DNA from: Trichodelitschia bisporula
Lineage: Eukaryota
Assembly (NCBI GenBank): GCA_010356995.1
Contig: ML996692.1
Span: forward strand, 1,306,205 to 1,370,204
Reading direction: 5' to 3'
Length of the DNA: 64,000 bases
Shown here: positions 49,531-63,600 of the stretch, piece by piece
How positions within the stretch are numbered: position 1 is the first letter of the stretch
Layout: the number at the start of each line of letters is the position of its first letter
Program-made: the position numbers and the translations under genes
Notes under the pieces: model-generated
What the model was told of the DNA's origin: nothing
The model's input: the letters and a program-made list of their open reading frames with translations, nothing else
Database searches by the model: none

Positions 49531-51149
49531 TGTAGTCTTGCTGGTCTGGATGATGCTTTGCTAAACGAGGGCGAAAGACTGAATAGACAAAGGAAATATA
49601 GGAAAATAGGAAAGATGAGGAAAGATGGAGCTTGGTTTTGTTGGTTTAGTGCTGGTTGGTGTGAGAAGGATATCCAACAGAGGGAACACATGGCGCTTTA
49701 TACCACGTCCTGCGCATCGTACACCACCACGCACGGCAACTGCTGATGCCGCCGTCCATCTATTCTTGCAATGCGGAGTACTCATCCTCCACCATGCCGT
49801 ACCAGGCGGTGGCCGCTCCGCCCGTCAGCCGGCACGCATCACCACCACACCACATCCCCCACCAACACATCGAGAAAAAAAAATGCCACCAAATCAACCC
49901 CCTTTCGGAAACCACGCCCGGGCTGAGCTCAGCCCCACGGCGCCCATCTACCCGTCAGCAATCCTCCAAAACTGGAGGACGGCGATTGGTCCGCCCTGCT
50001 GCCTGATGCACTCTGGGAGTTTGCTGCGCCAACCATGCTTCGCCGGGTAAGCTTTGGCCGCAAATTAAGCTCACCAAGCCTGCGCCCAAGCCTGCGCCTC
50101 CCCGGCGTTGGCGAAAACTTGGGGACGGGATGGCGGGGGGCCTGGCTTGGGCATGAGCCCTAGTTCAACTTCATGGATGAGCATGCTGGCGATGCGGGTG
50201 GTGGGAATTAAGCTGACATGTCCTGTACATCTCGTGGGCGAAGAGCTCAACATGCGGGGGTTTTGCGCGGTGCCGTGTGCTGACTGTGCATTTCAGCTAA
50301 GTGCTGTGCTGTGGGAGATGCGGGGTCTCGTCCTACGTCGCCTGCGTGCGTGATGCGTGGTTGCTGCCGGGGGCCTGGGACGCGGTGCTGGCATGGAAAC
50401 GGACGCCCAGTCGGAAAGCTTACTTCTTGTGACGGGAAACGGAATGTTTAGCAATGCTACTATAAGGCTTGTTTGAGATTCCCGTTGCAGAAAACGTGGG
50501 GATACGAGGCCAGGAAGCAAAGGACGTTCGGAGCACGATCTACGGGCCACTTCAAAAGTTTTGCGGTCTCCACGTCCCCTTTGATGCCCAGACGACGTTC
50601 GATGCCCAGACGACGGGACAATGATTCTTGCATAACCTTCGGGTCCGTCCACAGACCAAATTCGGGAATATATCTGTACATGCGGAAGCTTCGGCCAATC
50701 CCGCGTGTCTCATACCACGAAAAGGAAGGCAATCGGAGCGTTGAAAGCCGTTGCTGTAGCCAAGTTCGCGACATATCTAAAAAGATCTCCGATTACCAAT
50801 TGTCTCGCACAGATATTTACGTGTCCGTCCTCCCAGTACACCACAACACCGGATGCCGTCGTGACCTCTGGCTAGGATATCCGTGCCGGCCTCACATTTG
50901 CGGCGTTCGCTGCTTACCCTCGGTGACATGATGTCCAAGCTGCTCCTCACTCACCCACAAAGCCCGATAAACAAGATGGTCCCCCCCGTCATCAGCCATG
51001 CCCGCCCTGCCCGCTCACATCCCTCTCTCCCCTGCGCCTCCGTCAGCAAAACTTCAGCCTCGATACTTGTGCGGAACTCCGACGATGGCAGTGAGGGAGT
51101 TGGTGGGCGGAGGCTGCCACTACGTAGCAGGGCAAAAAAGGATGCTGTA

Positions 51150-51241
51150 TGACCGCGGCAGGTCTCGAACCTGCAATCTCCTGATCACAACCCCGGGGAG
51201 GGAAATCGTAGTCAGACGCCTTACCATTAGGCCACGCGGCC
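51150..51241 (-). tRNA. tRNA-Arg (ACG) with a 20-nt intron (51186-51205)
   Basis: Reverse strand reads GGCCGCGTGGCCTAATGGTAAGGCGTCTGACTACGA[intron]ATCAGGAGATTGCAGGTTCGAGACCTGCCGCGGTCA; T6 terminator downstream. Confidence 0.95.
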
Positions 51242-52009
51242 GGTTTGATGGGGGATGGCCGATTGTAATCAGTACACGTTGTGAGTGCAATGGGCCTTGG
51301 GGGGAGGATGCGGACGGGAGGAGATTGGCGACGAGGGAGAGGTCAGCGGGCGGAAGCCTAACTTGGGTACTGGTCGGGCTTCTTGATATAAAGTGTTGGC
51401 TGATGGAGCACTATTCTTAGGAGTGTGCGAGGCGGACCGGTGAGCACTCGGTGGAATCGTCGCCTGTTTAACAGCGCGGAGGTGGAGCTAGTCTCTGAAC
51501 GCAGTGAAAAGTGATTACGGTCGAGCTGCTCAATGAGCGGAGGCGTCCATCAGCAAGCGGCTCAGGCATATACTCTTGTCACACGGGTACCGGCCCTCGG
51601 AGCGACAACTCACGTCCGAATCGCTGGATCGACATGATGCTTGTGCCCGTAAAGGGTGCGCAGGGAGCAGAATACTTCAGGTACCTCATCAACCTCCTTG
51701 TTACTTCCTGGCGTAGGATCCAACCCACGCCTGCTGGCCTTCCGGGTGTAGCGGGAGTACCTGATCATCTCAGGCTGTCATGAGTTGACAACACGATGGG
51801 GGCTTGGGGTGAATGGTGGCTGGTGGTCGAACCTGGATAGGTAGATAAAGGTGAAAGAGAGTGGTACAGTGATGTTATTGCGGCAAGGAGGAGCAGAATA
51901 CGATAGGGATTTTGCGTCGTGAAGCAGTGTGCCTAAATTAGAACCGCTATCAGCATTAAGCTAACGTTGCTGAAGTGATCTCCCCCATGCCACCTTTGAC
52001 GCTGATCCT

Positions 52010-52290
52010 CCTATGCTCTTTCCTCCCATCATACGCCCATTACATCATGCCCCCTCTTCAGACAAGTATCCTCCTTCCAGGCATAACAACGTTCCTGCCT
52101 CACGTCCACATCAGGTGCCGTCAAAGGCAGATGTAACCAGTAACAGTGGATAGAAGGCAACCGGACTGCCGAAGCCTCGAGCGCGGCAAGAGTGACAGGA
52201 GAATTTATGTTCGACAGAATATCGTGAAGGGCTATGATATAGGTACACCCAACGTACCAAAGTACATTCGCCGATATCGCGAAGACGTCC
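52010..52290 (-). mobile_element. Degenerate dispersed repeat, copy C (possible solo-LTR relic)
   Basis: Reverse complement 'gatgtggacgtgaggcaggaacgttgttatgcctggaagga...catgatgtaat...agcataggaggat' matches copies B and A. Confidence 0.55.
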
Positions 52291-52708
52291 CGATCGCGCC
52301 CCCAGGATACATCCTTCCTGGCGTGAGATCCAGCCCATGCCCGCCAACCCCGTAGGGTACACCCGGAGCCCCTGATTATCGCAGTCAGTCGTGGGTTGAC
52401 GGCCCTACTACGTAGAACCCATATTAGCATCAAGTCAACTTCACGGAAGTGAGCTCACCTACATCCCGACCTCCACTCCGACCTCAAAAGCCATATCACA
52501 TCACTGCATCGCAACACCATCACACAAAGCCATAAGAAAACGGATATTACACTTATGCATGCTACTTTTGCCCAACTAAACCCCCCACAGTAAAGCAATT
52601 CAACACGCTACTTAAAACAAACCCTATGCACAATGCCGCAAACATCCCAAACTGCCCCCGCCTCCCCCCCCCACCCCACTCCCTTCCCTCCCCTCAATTA
52701 CCCTCACA

Positions 52709-55700
52709 TCACATATTCGCCAACTCAACATCAATCCCCTCATCCAGCACCCTCCTCTTCTCCCCCACAAGTTGCGTCTGCAACCTCCCCTCCGCCAACG
52801 CCTTAAGCTGCTTCTTCGTCACCGTATCCAAATCCACCTCCTTCAAACACTCCCTAATCGCAGTAATAATCTCCGCATCGCTCGGCCCACTCCGCGGTCC
52901 CTCCATGAAGTTAACCTGGCTGACAGGACGACTGAGCCGGGGGCTCCCGCGCTGCATGACGCTGAGCCTGGAGGCGTTGGGGTGCAGCATAGCCTGGCTC
53001 GCCCGCGGCGTCAGACCCAGTGTGCCCGGCGAGGGCGACCGGTTGGGCGCATAGCCGGCACCGGCACCGAGGCCATCGTGCGACGCACCGCCGAGGGACA
53101 TCATGCGCTCGTGCCCCGCGTTCAGGCTGAGCGCAGAATACGTACTCTGTCGCGGAAGATTGTACGCGTTCTGCACGGGCCCATGCCCAGGGAAGCCAGT
53201 CAAGATCGTCGACGCCGGTTTAACAGACGAGTACACGCTCTGCATCTCATCCATCTCATACGCCCCGCCGTCGTAGCTCCCCCCCATCATCCCCGCGACC
53301 TTCTCGCCCGGCTCGCCGCGGCGCCCGGGAAGGGCGTTAAGCGTAGCGTAATCGTCCCAGCGCTGCAGCGGGATGGAGCGCGGATCGAAGCCCTCGTCTG
53401 CAACGGCGACGATTTGCTTGTCCCCCTTCTCGCCAATGACGATACGTGTATTCCCCCACGAGAAATCGTCTTGTTTCCAGAAGGAGTAGAGGGGGAGGAC
53501 GAAGGAGTAGATCGGATACGCGAGAATGTAGATTATCATCCAGCCGATGTGCTGCCACTGGCGCTTGATGATGAAAATCACGGCCTGGAGGCCGTAGACC
53601 GCGGCGAGGAGGATGATGGATATCATGGGGAATTGCCCCGAGTGGGTGCCGACTTTGTAGAGCAGGTAGGCGAGGTAGGCGCATGTGGCGGGCAGGATGA
53701 GCGTGCCGAAGAGGTCGATGAAGACGACGAAGCGCATGCTGAAGCAGCAGAAGCCGCACATGTCCTTGAGGAAGACGAGTTCGGCGAGGTTGTGGATGGT
53801 GGAGTTGATCCAGCGACGACGCTGGGAGAGAAGGACGCTCCATGTCTCGGGCGCGGCGGTGTGGGCGAGCGCGTCGGGCACGAATTTGTAGGACATGTGG
53901 GGGAAGTGCTTTGTCATGAGCGTTGTCAGGTAACGATCTTCACCGAGCGAGAGCAGGTTCTTCTTGTGCAGGGTATCCACATTCCCGTCGCTGTACTCCT
54001 CAATGACCTGGTCCGAAATAAGCAGCGGTTTGTGCTTATCCTCAGTGCGCAGGCGGTACATGCAGAAACTAGACCGTCAGCCTTGTCACATACGAAATGG
54101 CGAATCCAGTTCACTTACCAGCCGGGCAAACACGTGACGCTCCCAAATAAACTCTCAAACGCCTTCGCCAAGTGATGCGAGATGTAGTACTCGTACACCT
54201 GGATCATGGTCCACCAGCTGTGTTCCTCATTCTCCAAGCTCGTCTCACCGCAGATGCCCGCAATCTTCGAGTCATTGGCACACGCCGCAACCAGCCGATT
54301 GAGCGAATCCTCGCGCACCATGGTATCAGCGTCGACCATGAGCAGGTACTCGTACAGCTCAGGATCCACACCAATAACGTTGTTGATCTGATGGAACATC
54401 TCCAGCTCAAGCGGCGACATCGGCGAGCGGTGATGCACGCGGTTCAGGAAGCTCATAAGCAGAATCTGCGAGTCGCGCTTGCCGCGATTACCAGGCTTCG
54501 ACTTGCTCTGCTCCGACTCCTTCCCGACCTTGACAACAACCAGGTACGGGACGACGTTTCCTTCATACTCGTAAAGACCGGAGTACACCTTGCCGTAGTT
54601 GAGCTGCTCCGCTCCCTGCCCGACGGACTTGAACGGCAGCGCAGCGGGATCGACCTTGGGGTCCACGCCGAGGATATCGAGGACGATCTTGGGTGTTGGG
54701 CGGTCGTTGCCACCGCCCACAATCATGCCGTCGCAGATGACGCAGATGAGCTTGCGCTTGTTGTCGTAGTTCAGCGCCGTTAGCGAATCGAGACCCTTGC
54801 GGATTTGCTCCTCGCCCTCCGTGTACGCCGGCACCTGGCAGATGACGAACTTGTCCTGCTGAGCTGGACGGCGCTTCGACCCAAGCTGCAGTGCCGCCAG
54901 GAACTTGGTCAGGATGACGGCACAGAGGACAATGGTGAAGGCCAGCAGAATGTACGGCTGCACCTGGCACTTCGGCGTCAGGCGAAAGTCGACCTTGCCG
55001 ATGTAGAAGTAGTTGTCAAGGCACTGCAGCGCGCTGTCCTGCGTCGTCGCGTTCAGCTTGTCATTCCACTGGCTCTGGAGGTCGGCGCCGGGGTTCGACA
55101 TGATAAGCTGCTCGACGTCTTCGGGGAAGAACTTGTACAGCGGGTTCTGCTTCTGCACCTGGGTCTGCGTGTAAAAGTAGTCGGTCAAATCGTACACGCT
55201 CTGGCCGAGGCGGAACCACATGCGGTTATCGTTCTCGCCCTGATCCCTGATGGTCTTCGGATCCCAGACGAGGTCGCCCTTGTAGAACGTCTTCATCTTG
55301 GGCAGGAAATCTTCCGTGTACCAGCGGATGTTATGGAGCTTCGTCTTCGGGTTCGTCTGGAAGGTCGGACCGGTCGTGTGGATGGCGGTCTGGGCGGTAA
55401 CGGTGTTGTTGGCCGACAGAATAACGAAGTCGCTCGTGACCAGCTTCGGACAGGCGAGCGTCAGCGGCGGCCTGATCAGCTCATCGACGTTCGTGCCCGC
55501 AAACTCCATCATCGTCGTGGCGTCGGTCGTGATGTCCGTGTCGCTGTGCTGCAGCTTGTAGAACTTGGTCAGATCGTAGACCTTGCCGTGATGGCTGACC
55601 CAGTAATCTTTAGAGCCTTGATGGAACGATACTTCCTTTGCATCCCATGCTTTGTTAAGGTTCGGGCAGAGGAGCAAGCCAAACTCGACGATATAGAAGA

Positions 55701-58088
55701 CGACAATGGCGTTGAGAAGGAAAATCATGAAGATAAGCACCACCTTCTCGCGCCATGCCATGCGCACGTCCGGCCGCTTCATGCGACCGACATACCGAAG
55801 GAATGGCGACGGGATCCAGAAAGTCAGGAACCAGACTAACGCCACCCACATCTTGCGCTTCTTGGACGTTTTCTCCTCGATCATAACGCGGCCCTCGCCG
55901 TTCTCGACATCCCCGTCGTATGTGATCTCGCCCTTGTAAGCGTCGCCCTTGCGGCCGAGGCCATAGTCACCGCCGCTAACCACGGTGCGCTGAGCCGTCG
56001 GCGCCATGGAGTGCCCGCCGAGTTGGCTCTTCACGCCGAGCGTCTGCATGCTCTGGTGGCGCGTGAGCAGGTTATCTTTGCTGCCATGAACGCTCATGGC
56101 GTCGCCGAACTGCGGTGCAAAAAAGTTGCTGCCCAGGCCTGGGCTCTGCACAGCGTATGCACCATCCATCGGGCCGCGCCCAACGGTACTATCCGGCGTC
56201 AAGTCCTGGATGGGCCCGGCAACATCGAGCATAGTCTCGGCCTCCCACCAGACGGCCTCACGCACCCACACGCGCTCACGGCCGACAACGACCTCGCCGT
56301 TGCTCCAGCCGCGCTCAATGACCCAGCTCTCAACCCCGTCACGGCCGTCCTTGCACCCGAGGCGCGAGTAGCGGGTCGCAAACTCGTCGAAGTCAAAGTC
56401 GGAAGTGAAGTCGAGGGCCCGGTTACGCCGGTTCGCCCACTCCGGGAGGCGCCAGGAGCGCAGCTGGCGCGAGACGGCCGCTGCGGACCAGTGGTTGCTC
56501 GCGTTGGACAGCTCTGCCGGGGCGTCGTCCGTTGGGTGGAGGCACAGCTGGAACCAGACGCGGCTGCTGCTGAGGGTGTTCGCGAGGTCAAAGCGGCCGG
56601 CAGATCCCAGCATGATGCCCTCGCCTTGCACAGGGTGGAGCACCTCGCGCAGATAGCTGTCGGGATCGCACTCTTGGGCGACCTTTTCCAGCACGCCTTC
56701 ACGGCGGTCGCGCTGTTGCTCCTGCTCACGACCGGCGGCGCCGCCCATAATCCCGAGATCAGGCTCGCAGGCCGACACAGCGCTCTGCATCTCCTTGAGG
56801 ATTGACGAGCCTGCAGGCACCACCGGGACGCCGTCTTCCTTCATCTCAGCATTGATGCCCTCCGAGTCGTCGAAAACGGTGCGGAGCGCTACAGCCTTGC
56901 CGAGCTCCTGCCCGGGGATATTGACCACCGTAATGCACACAGTGTCGCCGTCGTCCTCGTCAGCAAACGGAGTGTTGGCGTCAGGGTCGGTAAGGGCCCT
57001 GGAGGCGCGGATTTCCTGCCGCATGGTGTCATTGGCGCGGGAGATGACCCAGTCGACCAATGCCTCGTAGATGCCACCGATGAGGATCTCACGCTCGATG
57101 GTGTCGCACTTGGCGCGGAGCACCATTTGGTCAATGTCCAGCAGTACGGCGGCATCCTCACAGACCTGGTCCAGAATCTCGGCGTCGACGAGGTAGTCGA
57201 GCGTCTCGCCAAGCTTGAGCAGTCCCGCGAGCGCAGAAATCAGGTTCCGCAGCGCGGTTCCCTTGATGCCAATGGTTCGCAGGTTGGTCCTGAAGTCTTC
57301 TGCCGCCGCCGCGTCGTCGGCGGTAGGTACGTAGCCGGGCGGGGAAAAGGTGCCAGACTTGCGCAGCAGCGCGTACGCCGAGAACGGCTTCAGATCGAGA
57401 AACTCGCGCTCGGCCTGGGATGCCGAGCCGGCGCTCAGATAGTAGAAGACGTCGAACGCCCGGTGTCCTGGCTCCGAAGGGACATGCAAAAGACCCTGCG
57501 TGGTATCGATGCCGGACTTGGAAAGCGCCAGCTCCGCACCGTTGATCTCCCCATTCAGATTAAGAGTAAAGGTGGCCGCGAGGGACGAGTAGCGCGCAAA
57601 AGACGGATTTGAAGGCGTAACGCAGTGGGTAAAGGCGCGAATGACTTCGAGGGCTGAGTAGAAGGAATTGGGTGCCTGTATCGGCAAGCAGGAAACGAAC
57701 GGTGCCATCATGCACGGCGTAGAGTCGTGAAGCGACCTGTTCGTCAGTGCTGCTCGTAACAGTTTCGGGTAATACGAAAGAAGACCTACCCAAGAACGAT
57801 GCATCCGTCTTCAGCGCGACGACGTGCGTGTTCCCACGCTCGCCGTGCCAGTTCGAGGTCAGCGGTACCGCCGATGCGTCCATCGGGCCCAACCGTGGCC
57901 GCAGTGAGCCATGTGTTGACTACGAGACTTGTGCTCGACTCGAGGGTGTGAGGGCGGGCCGCCTGGTACGATGTGTGGAGGGCATTGAGCAGCGTCTGGG
58001 TCGACACCTGGGCAGACTGTCCGTTTCCTGGACGCGGTCCGCTGGTGGACATGCTCGAGAAGGTCGAGAGGCGGTTGTTGTAGGCCAT
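52709..58088 (-). CDS. csmB: Class VII chitin synthase with degenerate myosin-motor-like domain (CsmB/ChsVb type)
   Basis: Short myosin-like N-terminus with no visible P-loop; cytochrome-b5-like region; 'GNRGKRDSQ', 'VDADT', 'LGEDRYLT', 'QRRRW'; DEK_C-like end. Two introns (near 57736-57789 and 54070-54118). Confidence 0.95.
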
Positions 58089-60678
58089 GGCGGCGATGGT
58101 GCGGCCAGATGCCCGGGGGCGTTTGTTGACAGCCTACAAAACACGCAAAGACTGGAGTATCGGACGTGTGCAGAGGACGATTAAACGATTAACGAGGGAA
58201 GAAGCCACACAGGGCGAGCGAGTGTCTGGAATGGTAGGGAGAGGTGAGGTGGAGACAGAGCGGGAGACTGGAGAGGGTCGAGACGGAAGTGAAGTCGAAA
58301 GACGGGCGGGCGCAACGTGCTGGAAAACGTGCTGGGGGGGCCGAGCGTTGCTTTGGGATAGGGGCCCGCAGCACCGCAACAAACACCTGCGGCCCGAACG
58401 AGAGACTGAGCGCAGAAAGAAGCAGCAAACACAACTACGAGTTTGCGGGCAAAAGCTCCATGGGAATGCAGAAAGTGAGAAGAGATGGTGAGGGTTTGCA
58501 CGATCACGGAGTCGAAGCAGTCGATAGCACTGCGGAGTTGCCATAGCCTGGCTTGGCAATCGTGTCTGTCACCTCTGGACAGTTTGTGCACACACATCCC
58601 CGATGTGGAGCATACCATGAGGTTTTTGTTTCTTACGTTTTACGGGGCATCTCCTGGCCCAGTAGGCTTATGCCTGCTTACCATGAAGCGGGATTCTACT
58701 TCTTCCTTATCCGGTGCCATAATTGCTCGCTAGAAATTCTACCAGCAAAAAGGATGAAGGGGCTCCAAGAACATCACGAGTTCGACGCGAGCCCCAAGGC
58801 TAGCATCATCAGCAGGTGTGCAAGCAACATTCCATTGATTCGACCTGTTTTGGCCTTGTCCCAAGCATGCCGGAGCCCCACCAGCCGGCCTGCATCAATA
58901 TTGCATCGTGATGGTGTACGGTCAGCCAGCCAGCGGGGAGGAATCAACTGCGGAGTTGCGGAGTGCAACCAAGGAAGACGAGGCGATGAGGGTCAGCGAA
59001 GATCTTTTGTTGGTCGAACGCCACTGGGGTGGAGTGCGTTGCCCGGCAGCCGCACTCTTGCGCCGGGGCGGGAAGCACTTCAAAGCAGGGGTAAGGACTT
59101 TGCAGGGCTCTGCGCCTCCTCGGACGCCTCCCCCATCGAATGGAAAGCCGGCCATTGGCTGGGGGGAGTGCAGCCCGGTGTGTAGTTGCGACGCCCGAGT
59201 GGTTCTTTGGCGGCATCTGAAGGCTCGGCGATCGAGAGAAGAAAAAGGGTGAGGGGCGGCTTTGCTATATTTGGCTGGGGCCCGAGAGTGCTGTGATCAC
59301 GGTTACTTGCAGTAGTGGAGCTGCATCCACCACCTCGCTAACACCAAGGCTGCCCAAGAACGGGGACGCATTTGCTCACCTCATGCTCTTTACCCCGCTG
59401 CAAGGCCACGCAGCAACCTTGAGGAGGGGCCGTGAGGCGTCAGGATGAGCATGAGGTGGAGAGTTTCACAGTGTCAGAGTTGAGGGCGACAGCGAGCTAA
59501 TGGAGAGGCCCACAGCGTCAGTTCGGCTAGCGGGAACTGCACGAAAAGTGAATCGGTTGCTCCGTCGTGTTAATGCTAACGGGAGGTGGCGAATGATATT
59601 GATGTCGGATGAAAAATGGGTTCGACTCTGCCGGATACGAGAACCGGAGCCGAAGGGTATTGAGAGGGGATGCCGTGAGGCTTTGTGTTGTCAACTGTTC
59701 GACAATTCCCCAGCTGGAGAAATGCAGGATGGCGTGCGTCGCTGGCATGATTTCTCGAGCTTTCTTTGGTCCACTTCACTTCTCCACACTTTAAACACGC
59801 ACCACGGCTCCATCCTTAATGCTACTTAAAATGGATTCGCTCCTGGCGGATGCGTGCGGCATCATGTGAGACCGGCAAAGATGGGACGGTGTGGGTGTGG
59901 GTGAGGGTGCGGGTGTGGGTTAGGACATGGCATCGCGATCGGTGAAGGATGAATTAATTGCTTCGGGTACTTGTTGCCCGTTGATTTGAAGGCTTGAGGA
60001 TGTTTCTTCGAGGGAAGTGGCAGTGCAGCTGGCCCTGCTGCCGGCCGTGTTGATGAACCAAGGGAACCATCCGTTTTGGAGATTGACCCCCCGTTGCAAA
60101 CATCGTAACCATGCTGGAGATATACTGGGTTCAGAGGTCTTTGCAGCGTCAATAGAGAGCGTGCAGCTCAAACTGTGCTCTCTCTTCTCTCCAGTAGGCT
60201 GTTGTGGAAGGTTCAAATGGCCCGGGGGGGGAGGCCAAGGCCGTCCGAGCGCCACCGAAAAACAACGAGGCTCATCGTGCAGGGTCAGGGCGTTGTGCCT
60301 GGGTGGCAGCAAGTGAGCGTCCAGCAAGCAGAGCGTGCGGCACCTACTCCTATTGTGTACGCAACGCAACCTCTCACTCCGTTTCCCCTTCTTCCATTTC
60401 CCCCTCAACACCACGAATCTAGGCTAATTCCTCTCACGACCACCCACTCCACCTTGAGCATGTTGTTGTGAGAGTTCTCTTCGTTCATTTCGTGCTTATC
60501 CGACACTCACTTCCGTACGATTTCGGTCCTACGATCCGTCGCGACTCCCCTGCTCCGGCAGACAACAACCTCATTCCAGGCAAACTAACTCGTCCGTAAT
60601 CACTGTTGAAGCCCATCTTCACGTCGTAATCGTCCCCGCCTGATCGCACGGCCGGCCGAGGAGGCCACGGCATCGACA

Positions 60679-63600
60679 ATGGCCCTCAACTCCTTTTCCT
60701 CCCTCACGGGCGGCAACCAACCCCAGCATGTCCAGGACTCTCTCCCCGCCTTGCCGGGGCATCTCCAGTCTGACACCCACCTCACGGCTCACCTCGCCAG
60801 TCGCTTTCACGCACACCTTCCCACAGCCCGGCTCTCGTCGCACGCCGTCCTCTCTCTAAACACCTACTCGTCCTCGGCTCGTGGCCCCAATGGCACCGAG
60901 GAGGGCAGCGCGATGGCGGCCATGAAGGAGCTGGCGTCGCGGGCGTGGATTCGACTGGGCCACCGGAGCGAGAACCAGGCTCTCGTTTTTCTGTAAGTCC
61001 GTCGCTTCTTTTCGTATACCCCTCTAACCTCTCAGTGGCGAATCTGGTACCGGCAAGACGACTCTCCGCTCGCATCTGCTTAGCGCCTTTCTCCAGTACT
61101 CTTCAACCCCTCTGTCGAACAAGCTCTCGTACGCGTCCTTCGTTTTCGATGCCCTCACAACCACCAAATCTGCTACCACGCCGACGGCGTCAAAGGCTGG
61201 GCTGTTCTTTGAGTTGCAGTACGACACGGCTACCACCACACACCCAACCCTCATCGGCGGAAAGCTGCTGGACCACCGGTTGGAGCGCAGCAGAGTGACG
61301 GCGGCGCCAACCGGGGAGCGCAATTTCCACATTCTGTACTACCTTCTCGCGGGGACTAGCGGCTCTGAGAAAGAGCATCTGGGCCTCGACCACCCCGGCG
61401 TGGGCAACGAGGCGGGCAGCAGGCTCTCGCAGGGTGGGAAGAGATGGCGCTATCTTGGCCACCCGTCGCAGCTCAAGGTTGGCATCAACGATGCGGACGG
61501 CTTCCAGCAGTTCAAGACGGCCCTTCAGAAGTTGGAGTTCCCGCGGAGCGAAATTGCCGAGATCTGTCAGATGCTTGCGTGTATCATGCACATTGGCCAG
61601 CTCGAGTTCCAGACTAGCCAAGCTACGACGCCGGCAGCAGACGAGAGCGGTGGCTACTCGCACGAGGGCGGCGAGTCGGTGACGACGGTCAAGAATAAGG
61701 ACACGCTCACGATCATTGCCGCCTTCCTCGGAGTCAAGGCTCACGATTTGGAGCTAAGCCTCGGCTACAAGACCAAAACGCTTCATCGGGAGCGCGTGAC
61801 GGTTATGCTCGACACCAAAGGGGCTCGTGATAACGCCGATGAGCTCGCCCGGACGCTGTATACGCTCCTCGTGGCATTCATCGTCGAATCGATCAACTCT
61901 CGCACCTGTGCCCAGGAAGACACTGTCGCGAACACCGTCTCGATCGTCGACTTCCCGGGCTTTGCTCCGCAGCCGTCCACCGGCCAGATTCTGGACCAGC
62001 TGCTGAACAACGCGGCCACCGAGTCGCTGTTCAACGTTTGCCTTCAGAATTTCTTCGAGCGCCAGACCGAAATGCTCGAGGCCGAAGAGGTGTCGATCCC
62101 CTCGACGTCGTACTTTGACAACACAGCCGTGGTCAAGGGTCTCCTCAAGCCCGGCACCGGCCTGCTGAGCATCCTCGACGATCAGGCGCGCCGGGGCAAG
62201 ACGGACCACCAGTTCCTCGACGCCCTCAAGAAGCGCTTTGAGGGCAAGAACCCCGCCATCACGGTCGGTAGCTCGACAGCGGTGTTACCGGGCAGCAACT
62301 TTCCCACGCAGAACGCTTCTGCATCCTTTTCGGTGCAGCACTTTACCGCCGAAATCGACTACCCGGTGGAGGGCCTGATGGAGGCCAATACCGAAATCAT
62401 TTCCGGCGACATGCTCAGCCTCGTCGAGTCCACGCGCAGCGACTTTGTGCGCGAGATCTTTGGGCAGCCCGCTTTGAACAAGGTCGTTCACCCCAAGGAG
62501 AAGACGGCCGTCATGCAGGCCTCGGTGTCGTCTAAGCCGACCCGCATGCCGAGCATGGCACGCCGCAAGTATGACCGGCTCGCGAGATCAGGCACGTCGC
62601 GGGCCCCCAGGATGGAGGATGTCAGCGAAGATGAGAGCCGTACCAGCACTGGAATCGGCCGCGCGAGGAACGAAACCAACCAACAGGGTGTTGCTGCCCA
62701 GTTCCTCACGTCACTAAACAACATCACCAAGTCGCTTACGGCGTTCAACACAAACTCGTACTTTGTGTTCTGTCTCAAGCCCAATGACCGCCGCATCGCA
62801 AACCAGTTTGACAGCAAGTGCGTGCGTAGTCAGATTCAGGCCCTCGGCATTGCGGAGATCAGCCAGCGCCAGCGGGTCGCCGATTTCAGCATCTTTATTC
62901 CATTTGGCGAGTTTTTGGGCTTAGTGAATGGCGGCGATCCGACGTTCCTCGTCGGTGAGCGCGATAAGGCTGAGACCGTGTTGGACGAGAAGCGCTGGCC
63001 TTCGAATGAGGCTCGTTGTGGCGCAACCGGCGTCTTCCTCAGCGAGCGGTGCTGGATGGAGCTTACCAACATGAGGTCACCAACGCCCCGCGGTGAAGCA
63101 GAAGATGATGGCGTAACGCCCGGCACGCGCGGCTTCAACGACTCCAAGTCGCGTCTCATCCCGTCTCCGGGCGGCTTCTACGACGACAAGAACGGTAGCT
63201 ACTTCGGCACCCGCGATGTCGACGCCAAGTCTGAAGCTGGCGTCTCTGCGCTCGGTGGTGACATGTTCCGCAACATGGAGACGATCCAGCAGATGGCGGA
63301 AAAAGGCAACGAGGTCAAGATGGAGACGGTCGACGAATTGCCTGTGTCAAGCAGCCGTAAACGCTGGCTGTTTTTGGTCTACCTCCTGACCTTTTACATC
63401 CCCGACTTTGCCATCCGTCTTTGCCTGCGCAAGCCGCGCAAGGACGTGCGTATTGCGTGGCGCGAAAAGTTTGCCATCAATCTGCTCATCTGGCTGAGCT
63501 GCGGCCTGGTCGTGTTCCTCATGATTGGGTTCCCGGAGCTCATCTGTCCGAAGCAAAACGTCTTTACCGCGGATGAGCTGTCCTCGTTCAATGGCAAGGG

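Noticed and set aside
51750..51860. TPP-riboswitch-like words (ACCTGATC, GAACCTGGAT)
   Set aside because: The CTGAGA element and correct motif order are missing, and there is no thiamine gene nearby.
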